Below are positions 1-11,793 of a DNA stretch of 64,000 nt, piece after piece (within the stretch, counting starts at the first letter, position 1; every line of letters starts with the position of its first letter). Under the pieces are notes generated by a model, which was given only the letters and a program-made list of their open reading frames with translations, did no database searches and was not told where the DNA came from. A program made the translations under genes and the position numbers. The DNA comes from Vezdaea acicularis (taxonomy: Eukaryota): NCBI GenBank assembly GCA_026025075.1, contig JAPEUI010000012.1, positions 62,001-126,000 on the forward strand, in the 5' to 3' direction.

Positions 1-20
1 CGGATAGATTTGTCTCCATT

Positions 21-313
21 ATGTCGGTCCGAACCCCTATGTTCTTATCTAGTGAAGAGGTCTACATAACCTTGCGTGACAACATAAGAGATAATTGGTG
101 GAAAGAGCCCGGTTTGCGCTGTCTGAACATTAGTATCTTCCTCATTTTTGGCTCCACTGCCGTAGGATACGATGCAAGTCTGATGAATGGTCTTCCTGCC
201 CTGGCGTAATGGAACAAAGACCTGGGATCCATCCTTTCAAGCATTTTAGGATTGCTTATTGCAGCGCTATCTTTGGGCGGACTCATCGGCCGAGGTCAGA
301 GATTGCAGCAATA
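21..313 (+). pseudogene. Truncated MFS sugar (hexose/lactose permease-like) transporter remnant
   Basis: Translation WWKEPGLRCLN...GYDASLMNGLPALA*WNKDLG...ILGLLIAALSLGGLIG matches the N-terminus (TM1-TM2) of sugar porters. There is an in-frame TAA at 207-209 and similarity is lost after ~290. Confidence 0.7.
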
Positions 314-854
314 GATGAGTCGACCAGTAAATAAATTCCTACCAGTAGCTGATGTGTAGGCGCCAAAGTCCTTGGGACATTTCAAACATTGCACGACAGT
401 CCCCTCATTTCTTTACATCCTCAAGAAATATCTAGCACGAAATAGCAACTTATACCATTCGCTTCATGCTTTGATGCTTTTGATGTACTATTTGCTTTAC
501 TTCTCAGGAGCTGTCGCGTCCACGCGACCTCTCTCTACTCCTGTGCTCGTGATACTTAGCCAGGCGAGTTGGGAGTTCCCCCAACCTACTACGCACACAA
601 AGGATATAAAACCAGCATCTTTAGAGGTATGGATCAAGATTAGACATTGGATTGGCATTTATTAGATTAGAATAAAATTGTGAGGGTTGTCACTGTCAAG
701 CGAGGTATCCGCTGTACAAGCCAGTGTTTCCTATGCAGCTCGTAAGGCTCTGATGGGCGCAAATATTCAACTCAAAAGCACCAGTATCAAAGTGAGCCAC
801 GAGAAGCCAGCGTCCCATAGCTTCCGAGGATGGACACCTGCAGCATCAAATGAC

Positions 855-3443
855 TTAGCCTAACGAGTGGAATCGCTCTTTGGCCGTCTCTTTCGTCTTT
901 TCCAAGAACCCCTTATATCCATCCTTAGAATTCCTCTCTCCTTCACTAGCTGCGTCGCCAACTTTGCCGCCTTGTGCTCCGAGCCCCACACCTTGCACGT
1001 ACATGTTAGTCTGTATTGGCGCCACTATTCCTGTCCCCTCAGCGCCCAACCCTTCCCCTGCACTCCAGCCCATCTTCCCTAGTAGGGCAGCACCTTTGGA
1101 CACAATAGGAGGTACATCTACTTCGGCCTTTTCCGACGTCACGGTGGCTGGCTTACCACCTTTACTCGGTTCTCCGGCGGGCTTTTTGGGTTGGTTGAAT
1201 GCCTGCCGCCTTTCCTTAGCGCGATCTCGATATCCTGGACTGTCTGTATCTTCACTGTTGGCCTTTGCAAGCTTTTGAAGAGCCTTGGCCTTCTTCTCTT
1301 CATTTTTCAGATTGTCACGATGAAGCTGGCTTAAGCGTTCGTGCTTATTGACTTCTTCATCTGATTTGAATTGCCGCAAACATAAGAGACAGCACTTGCG
1401 CTCTCTGTCTGCAAAAGACTGTTTTGGAAGCGCTTCGGCAGAGATTCGAGAAGGTTTCTTGCTTTGCGACTTTGGAGGACTGGAGTCTTCTGCAGCTGGA
1501 TTTTGGCGTTCAATACCGTGGAGCTCGGCGTGACGATTACTCCAAAATTGTAGATGAGCAGGAGCTGACTTCTTGGTATTAACTTGAGGTATAAGATCTG
1601 CCTTCCTTTTCTTGGCTTTCGTCTCTGTTTCTCTGGAGTTCTTCTCCGTGCTATTAGTTTCGCCGTTTCCACCAGCCATATCAACATCTTCCACATCCTC
1701 CGAATATTGTATCAACTCCTGGGCATACGCATCCTGATCCCAATATGCCAGCCTTGTTGCTGGATTGCTAAGGAGGCTAAAGGTGAACTTGGCTTTTGAG
1801 GCATCATAGTTCCAAGCCGGTACGAAAACGCCCGCATGAATGTAGCTTGCTAGAATGGGTTTCGAAGCTATCGTGAATTTCTCTGCAGCATTGAATTTTG
1901 CAAGAGCCGCTTGAGCGTCCTTCAAACATGTCAGCTGCCATGGCCTCCGTCCAAGACTAGGGATTGGCTATACTTCGACACTACCAAACTCCGCAAACCC
2001 ATACCTCCAGCTCTCGTTTGTTCGGCGATCTCGAATTAGTAGCACTCGCTTAAGACTTCCGTCTCTTGCACCAAGGCTGGAGTCGTGCGTAGTTGAGACC
2101 ACTTTGGCCGCGACCTTTCTGGAGTTGGAGGGCGGTTGCGTGTTGACGTATGATTTATAGAGCTTTAACATACCCTTCGCCAGGAGCTCTTCAGTTACGC
2201 TAGGATCCAGGTTTCTTAGAAGTAGATATTGTGATGGAGACGTGGTTGTAGACACATCCTGGTCACCAGTGTTGGTGAAATTGGAGGGTTTTTGCGACAT
2301 GAGTGGGTTGGTGGGAGAAGGTTCTAAGCCGTCAGCGTCATAGAGCTCGAGGGCAGAAGTTAAGAGCCCACCTCGTTTTGGCTCCTTGCATCTGAAGCAT
2401 TCGTTGCGAGTAGCATAGTTGGAGAATTTGCACTGAAGCCAAGTAAGTACGATGCCACATTTGCAATAAGTCTCTGCATATGAGCTTACTTTACGACATC
2501 TCCATTCGTCTTCTGGGCGACGGCTATACGCGATTCGCACCTTCGTACCCTCGGATTCATTAGTCCCATACAGGTATATAGTAGGATGATTAGTATCAAG
2601 GAAAGCGTGGCTATGATCGAGAGAAGAGAATCGAAGGAAGCCAAATTGTCTTGATATTCCTATGTGAGAAGTTATAATGTGAGAGAACGTCTGGATCTAA
2701 TGAAAGCTTACCAGTGACACGGTCCCGGATGACTCTGACATCCTCAAGTCCTTTCACTTTATAATTTGATTCAAGTTCATGCGATATCTGTTTTATGGCG
2801 CCACAGCCATTACGGCCAGAAGCTACGCCTTAGCTAGCGTTCCAAAATAGTGTTTCGTAGAGAACTTAGGCTAGTAGCCTCATCAGGCGACATAGATGTC
2901 CTGTGCTGGGTTGGGAGGGGAGGGTAATCGAACGTCTTCTTCTACTATATCTATGGGTAGTCCATCTAGTATGACATCTCGACTAGGCGCTCCACCGAAT
3001 CCAGCATGTGAAGGCGACCGGCTTCGACCACGCCCGCTACCGCTATGGCTTTGACTACCAGCGCGTGGTGACCTGTAGTCCTCGCGATCTCGGTTTTGAT
3101 TTCTGCCTCGGCTGCGTGGTGAAGGTGATTTATCTCGACGGCTGTAAGAGTCGTAATCTCGCCGACGATCCCAATCGCGTCCAGCGTCTCTGTCGGCGGC
3201 TGGTCCTCGTGGGGGCGTTCGGGATAAATCTTCCAAAGCCAACATTAGCAAAAGCTCATCTTCGTCGCGTCTCTATCCCATCGTTCATATACCCTGAGGC
3301 GGAGAAAGGCGTCTTTGAGGCGAGCTGTTTCGTCGATAACGGTCTCTGGATCTTGAGCGATGCTGGCGATCATCGTACATCCTGCCATCTCTCTCGTCAC
3401 GATTTGGTATAGGAACTGGTCGGTAGATATCTCTGTTCGACAT
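855..3443 (-). CDS. RBM5/RBM10-like RNA-binding splicing factor (RS-rich N-terminus, RRMs, RanBP2 zinc finger, C2H2 finger, G-patch); multi-exon
   Basis: ATG at 3443 (MSNRDIYRP...). Motifs: RRM RNP1-like YGFAEF; WRC..C..NYATRNECFRC; CLLCLRQF...H; G-patch GAALLGKMGWSAGEGLG...GLG. Several GT-AG introns. Confidence 0.88.
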
Positions 3444-3731
3444 TTTATCTGTCTTGGTGTAGTTGATAGGAGTGGCGAAGGCGCAACGTTAAGTGATGAA
3501 AACATAAAAAATGGGTAATGTTACAGTGTGTGCAACTCCAAAGTTATATTTCAGCTAGGCACACGAACGTGACACATACACATCACGTTACGACTATACT
3601 ACATAGATAATTTAAAGCAAGACTTAACCTAGAAATTCTCTCTAAAATATTTAAGTGGTGATAAGCATTTCGAATAGCATTTAGTTTATATATGTGTTTG
3701 TTCTCTGACCTACTTTGACCTCAAATCCGAA

Positions 3732-4214
3732 ATGGCAGAAGAGGCGGCCCCTCAACTAATCAAGGAGGACGCCATCTACGTCGAATTAACCTATTCTCAT
3801 CTTGACCTCCAGACGATTGCCGGCAAAGTCAAAAGCCCCAAAGCGGGCGCCATCGTGCTCTTCGCCGGCACCACGCGGGACAGCTTCGACGCTCGGCCCG
3901 TCTCGCAGCTTTCCTACATGGCCTACACACCTCTCGCCATTCAGACACTGCTCAAAATCGCGCGTGAAGTTCAGATAAAGCACAGTCTACAGAGCATAGC
4001 AATGGTGCACAGGCTTGGCCCAGTGCCGATTGGGGAAGAGAGCATATTGATAGCGGTCAGCGCCCCGCATCGGATGGCAGCGTGGCGGGCAGGGGAGGAG
4101 GCGCTGGAGCAGTGCAAGGAGCGGGTAGAGGTGTGGAAATTGGAAGAGTTCGCAGACGGAGAGGGGGCCTGGAGGGCTAATCGGGATGGGAAGGCGGGGG
4201 TGAAGGTGGAGTAG
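3732..4214 (+). CDS. cnxH: Molybdopterin synthase catalytic (large) subunit, MoaE/MOCS2B
   Basis: Intronless 160-aa ORF with MoaE motifs GAIVLFAGTTRD, HRLGPVPIGEESILIAVSAPHR and VWKLE. Confidence 0.93.
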   Translation: MAEEAAPQLIKEDAIYVELTYSHLDLQTIAGKVKSPKAGAIVLFAGTTRDSFDARPVSQLSYMAYTPLAIQTLLKIAREVQIKHSLQSIAMVHRLGPVPIGEESILIAVSAPHRMAAWRAGEEALEQCKERVEVWKLEEFADGEGAWRANRDGKAGVKVE

Positions 4215-4292
4215 AAACGGGGACTTAGAAAACCGGGTATCTTAATTCTCACCACCTTCTATGTGGTCAACATCTTGAACATCCAAGCCAAA

Positions 4293-5312
4293 TCAACCAC
4301 CGTACGCTTCGTGCAGATCCCGCAATCTTTCCCCCAACTTCTCTAGCCTACCTAACAGCGCTCTTTCAAACGCTCTTTCCCGCCCTTCATTCCCCATCAC
4401 GACTGCCTTGGTCACATCCCCGTTCTTCGTCATCCTCATGCGCGCAACACGCCCATCCTTCCAGTCGATGCGCACTCCTAGCGCCTCAGCATCCGTCGTG
4501 GCTACATCTTTGACACCATAGCTACCCAAAACCCGCTGTCTCCGTTTCCCATCCTTTCCTATGATAGGAGCTAAACCGAGTTGTTCGCGTAACTTCGAGA
4601 CGCCGTCAAATCGGCAATGGTACGAGACGAGCTCCCGCCGTAAGGCACGAACGAGGTGAGTTAGCTTCTGCGGCCTCGTGTTCCTTTTTGCCGCGGTGAC
4701 TGGATCTACACTGGACTGTGATGGCTGAGGGAGGTATTGCGCTGCGAGGGCAGGAAGCGGGATGCAAGGCGGGATTGTGTGTCTGTGAATTCGCAGGCTT
4801 GAACTTGACTGGGAAGGTCGGTTCAACAGGAGGTAGTACGGCGCAAGGTACTTGCCTGCGTACCCCTTAATCGTCAGTGGGCTGATCATTCGAGTGGAAG
4901 ATGGTGGAATCCTGGCGTGCTTACCGTCCGTGAAGACCTCGATTCGCACACCGAACACTCGACCATTGTCAACGGCGCATGGATCTGGGTCATGTACGAG
5001 GAAGGTGGTGCAGCCTGCACATAGGCGGTGGAGGTTTGAGACGGAATGCTTTTGAGCGGCGACAGCATGCGTCTTTACGGGTGTTGGAGCGTGAGATAGG
5101 ACTGCGGAATCGGTATGGGATGTGAGGATCGTGGAAGAGAGAGTTGCACGGCGATTGGAAAGTGATCGAACTGTATAAATGATTAACATTGACTCAACAG
5201 CATAAGTAAGGGAGTATCTACTTCGCGACTTCAGAGATGATATGTCGGCGTCTAGATCTAGGGGAGCTCTATTAGGGGCATTGCCGACGACGGGCGCTTC
5301 CTGCACTCCCAT
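4293..5312 (-). CDS. Kinetochore protein CENP-O/Mcm21 family
   Basis: Motifs RLCAG.T.F.V.DPDP, GVRIEV, PYYLLL and LRIHRHTIPPCIPL. Likely ATG at 5312; introns at 5171-5221 and 4856-4924. Confidence 0.8.
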   Translation of the reverse strand: MGVQEAPVVGNAPNRAPLDLDADISSLKSRSRYSLTYAVESMLIIYTVRSLSNRRATLSSTILTSHTDSAVLSHAPTPVKTHAVAAQKHSVSNLHRLCAGCTTFLVHDPDPCAVDNGRVFGVRIEVFTDGKHARIPPSSTRMISPLTIKGYAGKYLAPYYLLLNRPSQSSSSLRIHRHTIPPCIPLPALAAQYLPQPSQSSVDPVTAAKRNTRPQKLTHLVRALRRELVSYHCRFDGVSKLREQLGLAPIIGKDGKRRQRVLGSYGVKDVATTDAEALGVRIDWKDGRVARMRMTKNGDVTKAVVMGNEGRERAFERALLGRLEKLGERLRDLHEAYGG

Positions 5313-7311
5313 GTTTATATCTCCTGAACCGGCCGATAGTAAGGAAGGTGGAATGACAAATTGAGGCCTTAGGTGGTCGGTGACAGATCTGCCTGGAGCC
5401 CCCCTCGTCAATGTTTACTCTCGACATGGAGTCGCCGTGTCGCGTACTTCGCCATCACGTGGCCCTCGGCATTCGGGGGTCCTCACGCTGCTTTACCCAT
5501 TCACGACTTAAGTTGGGAGCTACAGGCGAAGGTCCCCCCCCCACAAGCATTAGTAAATTATCTAAAGCGGCAAATCTACTTTATCCGGAGCCAGCGTGGT
5601 ATTTGAGAGCTGAATCGCTCTAGATACATGCGAGTATTCAGGATATACCATGAGATCTGAGTTTGCGGGCATGGTTAGGCCTGTAGACTGCACCCAAGGG
5701 ATGAGAGACACGACTGCTGCTCATGACGACAAAAAGGCGATACGCGAAAACTATGGAGTCACGTGCATTTACCCTGCGAGCACGTGCGTTCGACTTTTTC
5801 CGTTCTGCTTTTCTACCGATAGGCCTGCACTCGCGCTCGCACCAGCATGCACCGAACCAGGCTGCGTGCACTACGTATGGAAGCGCAGGCATCATCTAGC
5901 GTTGAGAGCAGCTGTTTGTCAACGAGTACAGATTTATGCCAGCAATCAACAGACATTTTAAATACCACTGTATATTGAATACTGGGAAATCGATGACAGG
6001 GCACGATCAGACCTACGGCAGGTCACGCGACATCACTTCACGGGTTGAGCACATATGAGACCCCGCAGTGGTGGGTGAAGAAACTGCGGAGACGTGACGT
6101 GAGGAACGTCCTGGGGGTCAGTCAACTACAATCTATGAGCTATGATCTGATAGGGAGGTGGTTCGCGATGATGAAAAGGGGCGTTGGAGCGTTGGCGATT
6201 GGCTGCTCGCGAAATTGCGTTTGTTGATAGCGCGGCGCAACAGCAGAAGAAAGCGCGGAATCTGCTTGTCGGGCGGCAGGCGGTGGGCAGTGCTGCGCCG
6301 TAGTGTCGCGGGAAGTGCTTATTTCGTTGTCTCCCGCCTCGCAGAGATATCTGCCGTGCACTCGGTGTGAGTGATGTTTGCGATGGGGTGCGATTACCAG
6401 CACGCGGCGGCATTCTAGTTGGTGATACCGTTGATGGGGAGTAGAGGCTCCATCGCAGGCGAAACGTCCTTCGCGGCCCTGCATGAACCCGCGTCTGCGT
6501 CTGCTTCTGCGTCTGCAATCGACCGCCGTGTCTCTCACCTTGTAGATCCATCAAGACGCACGGGCTTGACGGTTTCCTGGGCACCCTGGGCGTGCCGGAC
6601 GGCGCAAGCGAGGAGCAGGGGGCATTACGCGCTTGGCCCAAAGGAGGAAAGGCAACGGGCCCCGCGCCCATGGTCATCCGTTGTCAGGGTTATTCTCCCC
6701 TGGCAAGCCCTACCGCCCGCTCGCATCGCCGCGAATGAGAACAAACGCAGATGGCACTGCTGGATGTCTCCGACTGATCGAGCCTAACCCATCAATAGCG
6801 CTTGTGCTTTTTTACCGCGGTCGTCATGCTCAATTTCCTGAGGTTTCTCGCGCCCCCTGGCTTCTGATGTCAGTCCTTAGCCGTCGCAGATTCGGCGCTA
6901 TGGCTTGACGCAGTCCACAAGTCTTCCCCAGACGGTTTAAGTCAGGTCCCAGGTCACGAGTTCGTCTGCCGCGGGAGGGGTTACACTGCGTCGATCGCGT
7001 TGCTTGTCGTAGGCCGCTTTCCCTTGCCCACGGGGGAGGCGGTCTCCCATGGTTCGGCCTGGCTTGGAGGCTTGATTATCCCGCCGTCCATCTTCTCTCC
7101 TCTCCTCCTCTGTTCTTTTCCTCTTTCCTTCTCTCATCTCTCGTGAGCCATCTGTTCAACCCTCGTGCTTGCTCCTCAGATCCTTATAGACTTTGTTCTA
7201 TGTCCTCTCTTTTGCATTGCCGTCACCACACTCTTTGAATCCGAGGTCTTTGACCACCACACACTCTTTCAGACCCTTTTACTATACTATAACTTAATTC
7301 ATTCTATAATC

Positions 7312-8751
7312 ATGCGTTTCCAAGCATCTCTCGCCGCTGCGGCCATCTTCACCGTTGCGGTGTCTGCTACTACTCCAACAACGACTCCTGCCCCCAAGCC
7401 ATGTAACGAGGATAACCAACTTCGGGCTCTCCTCCGTTTCGAATGCTCGGCGCGCCCCTTCTGCGCCACCGATCCGAGTGCGACGGAGACACCTTTGCCT
7501 TCTTATGTTCAAGGCTTTGAGCCAACCGATATCGCCAGCGCCTGCTCATGCCTTGTCTCGTCTTATACTGCTAGCACGGCCTGCTGCACGGATACGGCTG
7601 CGGACAATTGTGTGGGGTACGTGACCTCGACGACCTCGTCCACAAGCACGACGACCAGCCCGACGACCACTTCAACCACCAGCACTTCGACCACCAGCAC
7701 CAGCACTTCAACGACAAGTACCAGCACCTCGACGACAAGCACCAGCACCTCGACGACTAGCACCAGCACTTCAACGACTAGCACCAGTACCTCGACAAGT
7801 AGCACCAGCACTTCGACCAGCAGCACTAGCACGACTAGCACGACAACCAGCACCACCCCTGAGACTACTCCAGTACTGCCAGGAAGTAGCAGCAGCAGCA
7901 GCAGCTCCAGCTCTACACCGGCCCCAGAGTCATCTGGCAACCCATATCAGTCTTACCCCACATCAAGCCCACTAGCAACGACCGCCAGCCCAACTGGCAC
8001 CAGCGTCTACTACACTACGGTCATAAGCAGTAAGATACTTCATCTTCCTTTTAGCTGAACATAAGTTAATCCTTGAACTCTAGCCGAGTATGTTGATGTT
8101 TGCCCAACTGGTTATACCACCTTGACCTGGACCTATACTACCACCGTCTGTCCTGCTACAATAAGCGCAACCACCACGACCAACACTGTTACAGCATATA
8201 CGACAACTTGCCCAGTGGGTTTCACGACAACTGAGAAGGTCTGCACTACTGGCTGCGCCCCTACCGGCGCGACCACAGTCATCGTGACTCTTCCATGCCC
8301 ATCGTGCCTCAGCTCCACAACCACCACGACCACCACGTCGCCCACCGCGTCCGCTGTGACCTGCTCAACGTGCTCTGCATCTACGACGACCACTACTGCC
8401 ACCGCTTCTACGAGCACCAGCACCAGCAGCACTAGCACCTCCACTGCCGTCTGCTCCACGTGCGCTGCTAGCACGAGTACGATCACGAAATCCGCTACCA
8501 CTGCAACGGTGTTCTACGCAACGACCATCCAGACCTTGAGCGTGACTCCCATTCCGGTCAGCAGCCCGGTCACCTATGTTTGCTCCACCTGCAAGCCTTC
8601 CTCTAGCGGACTGTCGAGCTCGAGGATCATCATCCCCAGCGCAAGCGCCACCTACTCTAACAGCCCAACGCTGTTCACGGGCGCCGCTGCACGGCACGGA
8701 GCTGGCTTGGGCGTTGCGGCTGTTGCCGTTGGTCTGGCTCTCGCACTATAA
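7312..8751 (+). CDS. Secreted Ser/Thr-rich, probably GPI-anchored cell-wall/adhesin-like glycoprotein
   Basis: Signal peptide MRFQASLAAAAIFTVAVSA, a Cys-containing N-domain (ASACSC), a long S/T tract, YVDVCPTG/YTTTCP Cys-Thr motifs and a hydrophobic C-terminus (FTGAAARHGAGLGVAAVAVGLALAL). Intron at 8030-8083. Confidence 0.85.
7670..7856 (+). repeat. Coding minisatellite, ~21-bp unit encoding TSTSTTS
   Basis: Imperfect repeats of ACCAGCAC(T/C)TC(G/A)ACGAC(T/A)AG(C/T) inside the cell-wall protein gene. Confidence 0.8.
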
Positions 8752-9640
8752 ATTTGATTCGAAAGTGCGTACACTGGCCCGAAAATAGGCAAATGTAAAG
8801 AAAAGTAGCCTCGGTCAGCAAATATGGGGGTGGAAGGGGGTAATTCAGAGGAGGGTGGACTGTATGTAGTTGAAGAGCGGGAACCAGGCTTGGTGCAATT
8901 TGTATATGAAGAAAGTCTGCCTCTTTAGTATTTTGATATTCTTTAGGATACTCAGTTCGTTCCCTAATGCACATGAATGAGGCGCTCAATATGCTTTTTG
9001 ACTATGCCGTGATCCTCTCATGTGAAATCTTCCGAGCCGGTGGTATAACAAACTAACCGCCGTTACCCGCGCTTATCAGTCACGCATCCGCATCGAAGCG
9101 GAGTACACAGCTCGCCAGGCACCGCTAAAAGTTCATCTCGCTTGAGTTGAACGTAGTGTACGGCCAGGCCAAATAGCCTAGCCAATTTACTCCTACATCA
9201 AAGTCTATATGTAGGTACCATTATGCAACAGAAGCACTTCGAAGCTACGGTTCAAGGCATTCCGCTCTGGTGATGACACCGGAAAGCACGCGTGCCGCTA
9301 AGTTGATTTTCATGTTCTCTAGAATCGTTCAGATTCCTCAATGAGTAATCTGAAGATAAACCGGCCGCTCTATCTGCACCCCCATGCTTGGCGCCTGTGA
9401 CAATCTGCTTTTGTCTCATGGAACTACGTCAAATGCCTCTCGTCTGGCGCAAATCAAATCCTGAAATTTTGAAGTTGTCTGTTACATTGCTACTGCAGCC
9501 TCAATGGCACTACTGTGCAAAAAATCCTGCGCTCAAGCTATATGGAGATGAATGGATGGCTTATGAAAAAAGTACGATTTTTCCAAAATTCGCAAGATCT
9601 CTCTAATCTCTTTGCTATACTCTCTTTGTCACCCAATTAC

Positions 9641-11101
9641 CTATATCAATAATTTCACCTTCATCATTCCCATATCTCTCAGCCTGACCTCAATATACTC
9701 TACTGCCTTTTGCAACGTGATCTGGCCACCCTCACACACCCCGCTTTCAAGGTGCTGCGCCAGTCCGCTGAGCGTGGAGAAGGATTTTTTAATCGTAGAC
9801 TTCTTACTATCAGAAGCCGGAAAGAAGGAAACTGGACAGTGGAACATCTTGGGTGTGTGCGCGGGGGAGTAGAGGTGGTGTTGAAGTGCAAGGGATGTAG
9901 GGAATGGACGACGAGTCTTAGGGCACAAGGGGCAAATTTTCGATGACGATTCAAGACAAAATATTGCAAGATCAGTCGATTGACTAGACTGTGGGGTTAG
10001 CATTTGCGACATGGGGAAATGATCCAAAGTATTGCTGCTAGAAGGCGTCAACATTACACCAATGTCTGAAGATGTCGTTGGCGTCTCTGCACCGGACATA
10101 ACCATTGCTTGCTGTTCCATGGTAAATTCCGTGGGCCCACTGATGATCTGATGGATATCATTCTCCTGTACTACTGCATTCAGCTTCCGCCGCGTTGTCC
10201 CAGACGGGCAGTTTCCACTTTCCAAGTGATGAAGTAGCGCCGATGGACTTCTGAAATGCTGCAGACATCCCTTGGATTTATTGCTATTTGCGATACACCT
10301 TATGTCACTAAGCGGGTGGTGAATCACTGATGCTTGGTGCTGCTGAAGGGCTCCATTATTGCGAAACTCACGATCACACTCTTTGCACGCATAATCGGAG
10401 CTTTGATGCTGGATCTTGTGGATCTTGTGAGTAAGATGCTGCTTCAAGGCATGCTCGTTGACAAAATCCCGGTCGCAGTCGCAACAATGGAACTGGCTGA
10501 CATGAGGGGGCGAACGGAGATGCTGGCGTAACGCAGGTTTGTCTTCAAAGAATCTATTACAGGCACGACAATAGCAGTGGCCCCTCAATTTTTGGTGCTG
10601 AATGAGCTCCTCCTGTCCTCCGAAAACTGCGTTGCACTGTTTGCAGGGCCAATTGTGGACGTCGAGGATGTGCTGTTGAAGTCCACTGGCAGTGCTAAAG
10701 AAACCTTTACAATGCTTGCAAGGGTTATGAGGGTTACTTCTTTGATGTTGAACGAGCTCCTCTAGTACTGTGAAGTTTGCGTTGCACTGTCCGCAAAACC
10801 AGTTATGGACGTCAAGGATGTGCTGTTGAAGTCCACTAGCAGTGCTAAAGGCACATTCACAATGCTTGCAAGGGTTATGATGGTCGATTCTTAGGTGTTG
10901 AACAAGTTCGTTTAGTACTCCAAAAACTGCGTTGCATTGTCCGCAAGGCCAACTGTGGACGTCAAGGATGTGCTGTTGAAGCCCGCTAGCACTGCTGAAG
11001 AGAAGTGTGCAATAATTGCAAGACGCATGACGTTTGGTTTTCTGATGCTGGCTAAGAGCAGCTGCATCGCAAAAGTTACGACCGCAGCTACAAGCTGGCA
11101 T
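9641..11101 (-). CDS. Multi-C2H2 zinc-finger protein
   Basis: Intronless ORF from the ATG at 11101 (MPACSCGRNF) with many CxxC...HxxxH fingers and the fungal HLESGxC motif twice. Confidence 0.88.
   Translation of the reverse strand: MPACSCGRNFCDAAALSQHQKTKRHASCNYCTLLFSSASGLQQHILDVHSWPCGQCNAVFGVLNELVQHLRIDHHNPCKHCECAFSTASGLQQHILDVHNWFCGQCNANFTVLEELVQHQRSNPHNPCKHCKGFFSTASGLQQHILDVHNWPCKQCNAVFGGQEELIQHQKLRGHCYCRACNRFFEDKPALRQHLRSPPHVSQFHCCDCDRDFVNEHALKQHLTHKIHKIQHQSSDYACKECDREFRNNGALQQHQASVIHHPLSDIRCIANSNKSKGCLQHFRSPSALLHHLESGNCPSGTTRRKLNAVVQENDIHQIISGPTEFTMEQQAMVMSGAETPTTSSDIGVMLTPSSSNTLDHFPMSQMLTPQSSQSTDLAIFCLESSSKICPLCPKTRRPFPTSLALQHHLYSPAHTPKMFHCPVSFFPASDSKKSTIKKSFSTLSGLAQHLESGVCEGGQITLQKAVEYIEVRLRDMGMMKVKLLI
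10585..11030 (-). repeat. Three tandem 150-bp coding repeats (two zinc fingers each)
   Basis: (G/A)TGGACGTC(A/G)AGGATGTGCTGTTGAAG recurs at 10655, 10805 and 10955; the peptide ASGLQQHILDVH occurs three times. Confidence 0.9.
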
Positions 11102-11793
11102 ATTGGGGCTTGAAAGGATTAGAACAACTACAAAGCACGAGATGTTTTTGGATGATGGACTCAGAGTTTCGTGGTATGCTCTTGAAGTTGGCGTAGTGTG
11201 ACTTGGACAGAGGAGCGGGGAAAGAGCGGGGCAAGCCCGAAAATGGCTGAAACCGCGCGAATCATCTCCGACCCCCACTCTGTAATCTCAGTAGGGATCT
11301 GAACCCGACAAAATCCGATGGATCTAGGTAGAGGACTTAGTAGGTTTCCATTGAAGCTCCTTTTTGCTTACTGATGTAATCCATATACCTTTATATAATC
11401 CGCCGTGAAGTGCATCTACGCGCTACCCTGAGTCTGATTTAAGGTTCAGTCGTACCCAAACTGTCCTGACCAAGGTTGATTTAAAGTTAAAAGCTGCCTT
11501 AGTTGGTGGGTTAGATTGAGACGGACTCAAAGATAGTATACGCTAGACCGACAAGCCTAGACCAGGATCCTAATGACCAGACGAACTGCGCCTTGGCGAC
11601 AAAGAGGGGTTCACGATATGCACCCCACACCCCACACCCTGCACGTGTAACAACCTAGCCCAACAGCCGACTACAAGTCCGGCATAGCACACGATAGGAG
11701 TCATAGCTGCCGGATTATAATCGGTTGTTTAACGGCGACCTCATGGCGTGTTGATTGACGGATATGTTTCTACAATACTCTCAGTTCAAGAGA

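Noticed and set aside
3444..3731. Possible upstream MoaD/MOCS2A ORF making cnxH bicistronic, as in animals
   Set aside because: Only ~290 bp of AT-rich divergent promoter, with no ORF ending in Gly-Gly.
5400..7160. Many overlapping 60-180 aa ORFs
   Set aside because: GC-rich intergenic/promoter DNA with no recognisable motifs; such ORFs are expected by chance.
7563..8501. Val/Leu-rich minus-strand ORFs resembling membrane proteins
   Set aside because: Antisense shadows of the Ser/Thr repeats of the cell-wall gene.
9037..9282. Weak terminal inverted repeat (CCGGTG...CACCGG) suggesting a MITE or ncRNA
   Set aside because: Only ~10/13 matches, no clear target-site duplication and no second copy in the window.
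11280..11600. TpA-rich stretch that might be a RIP-decayed repeat
   Set aside because: No terminal repeats or transposase remnants are recognisable; it cannot be supported without a genome-wide search.
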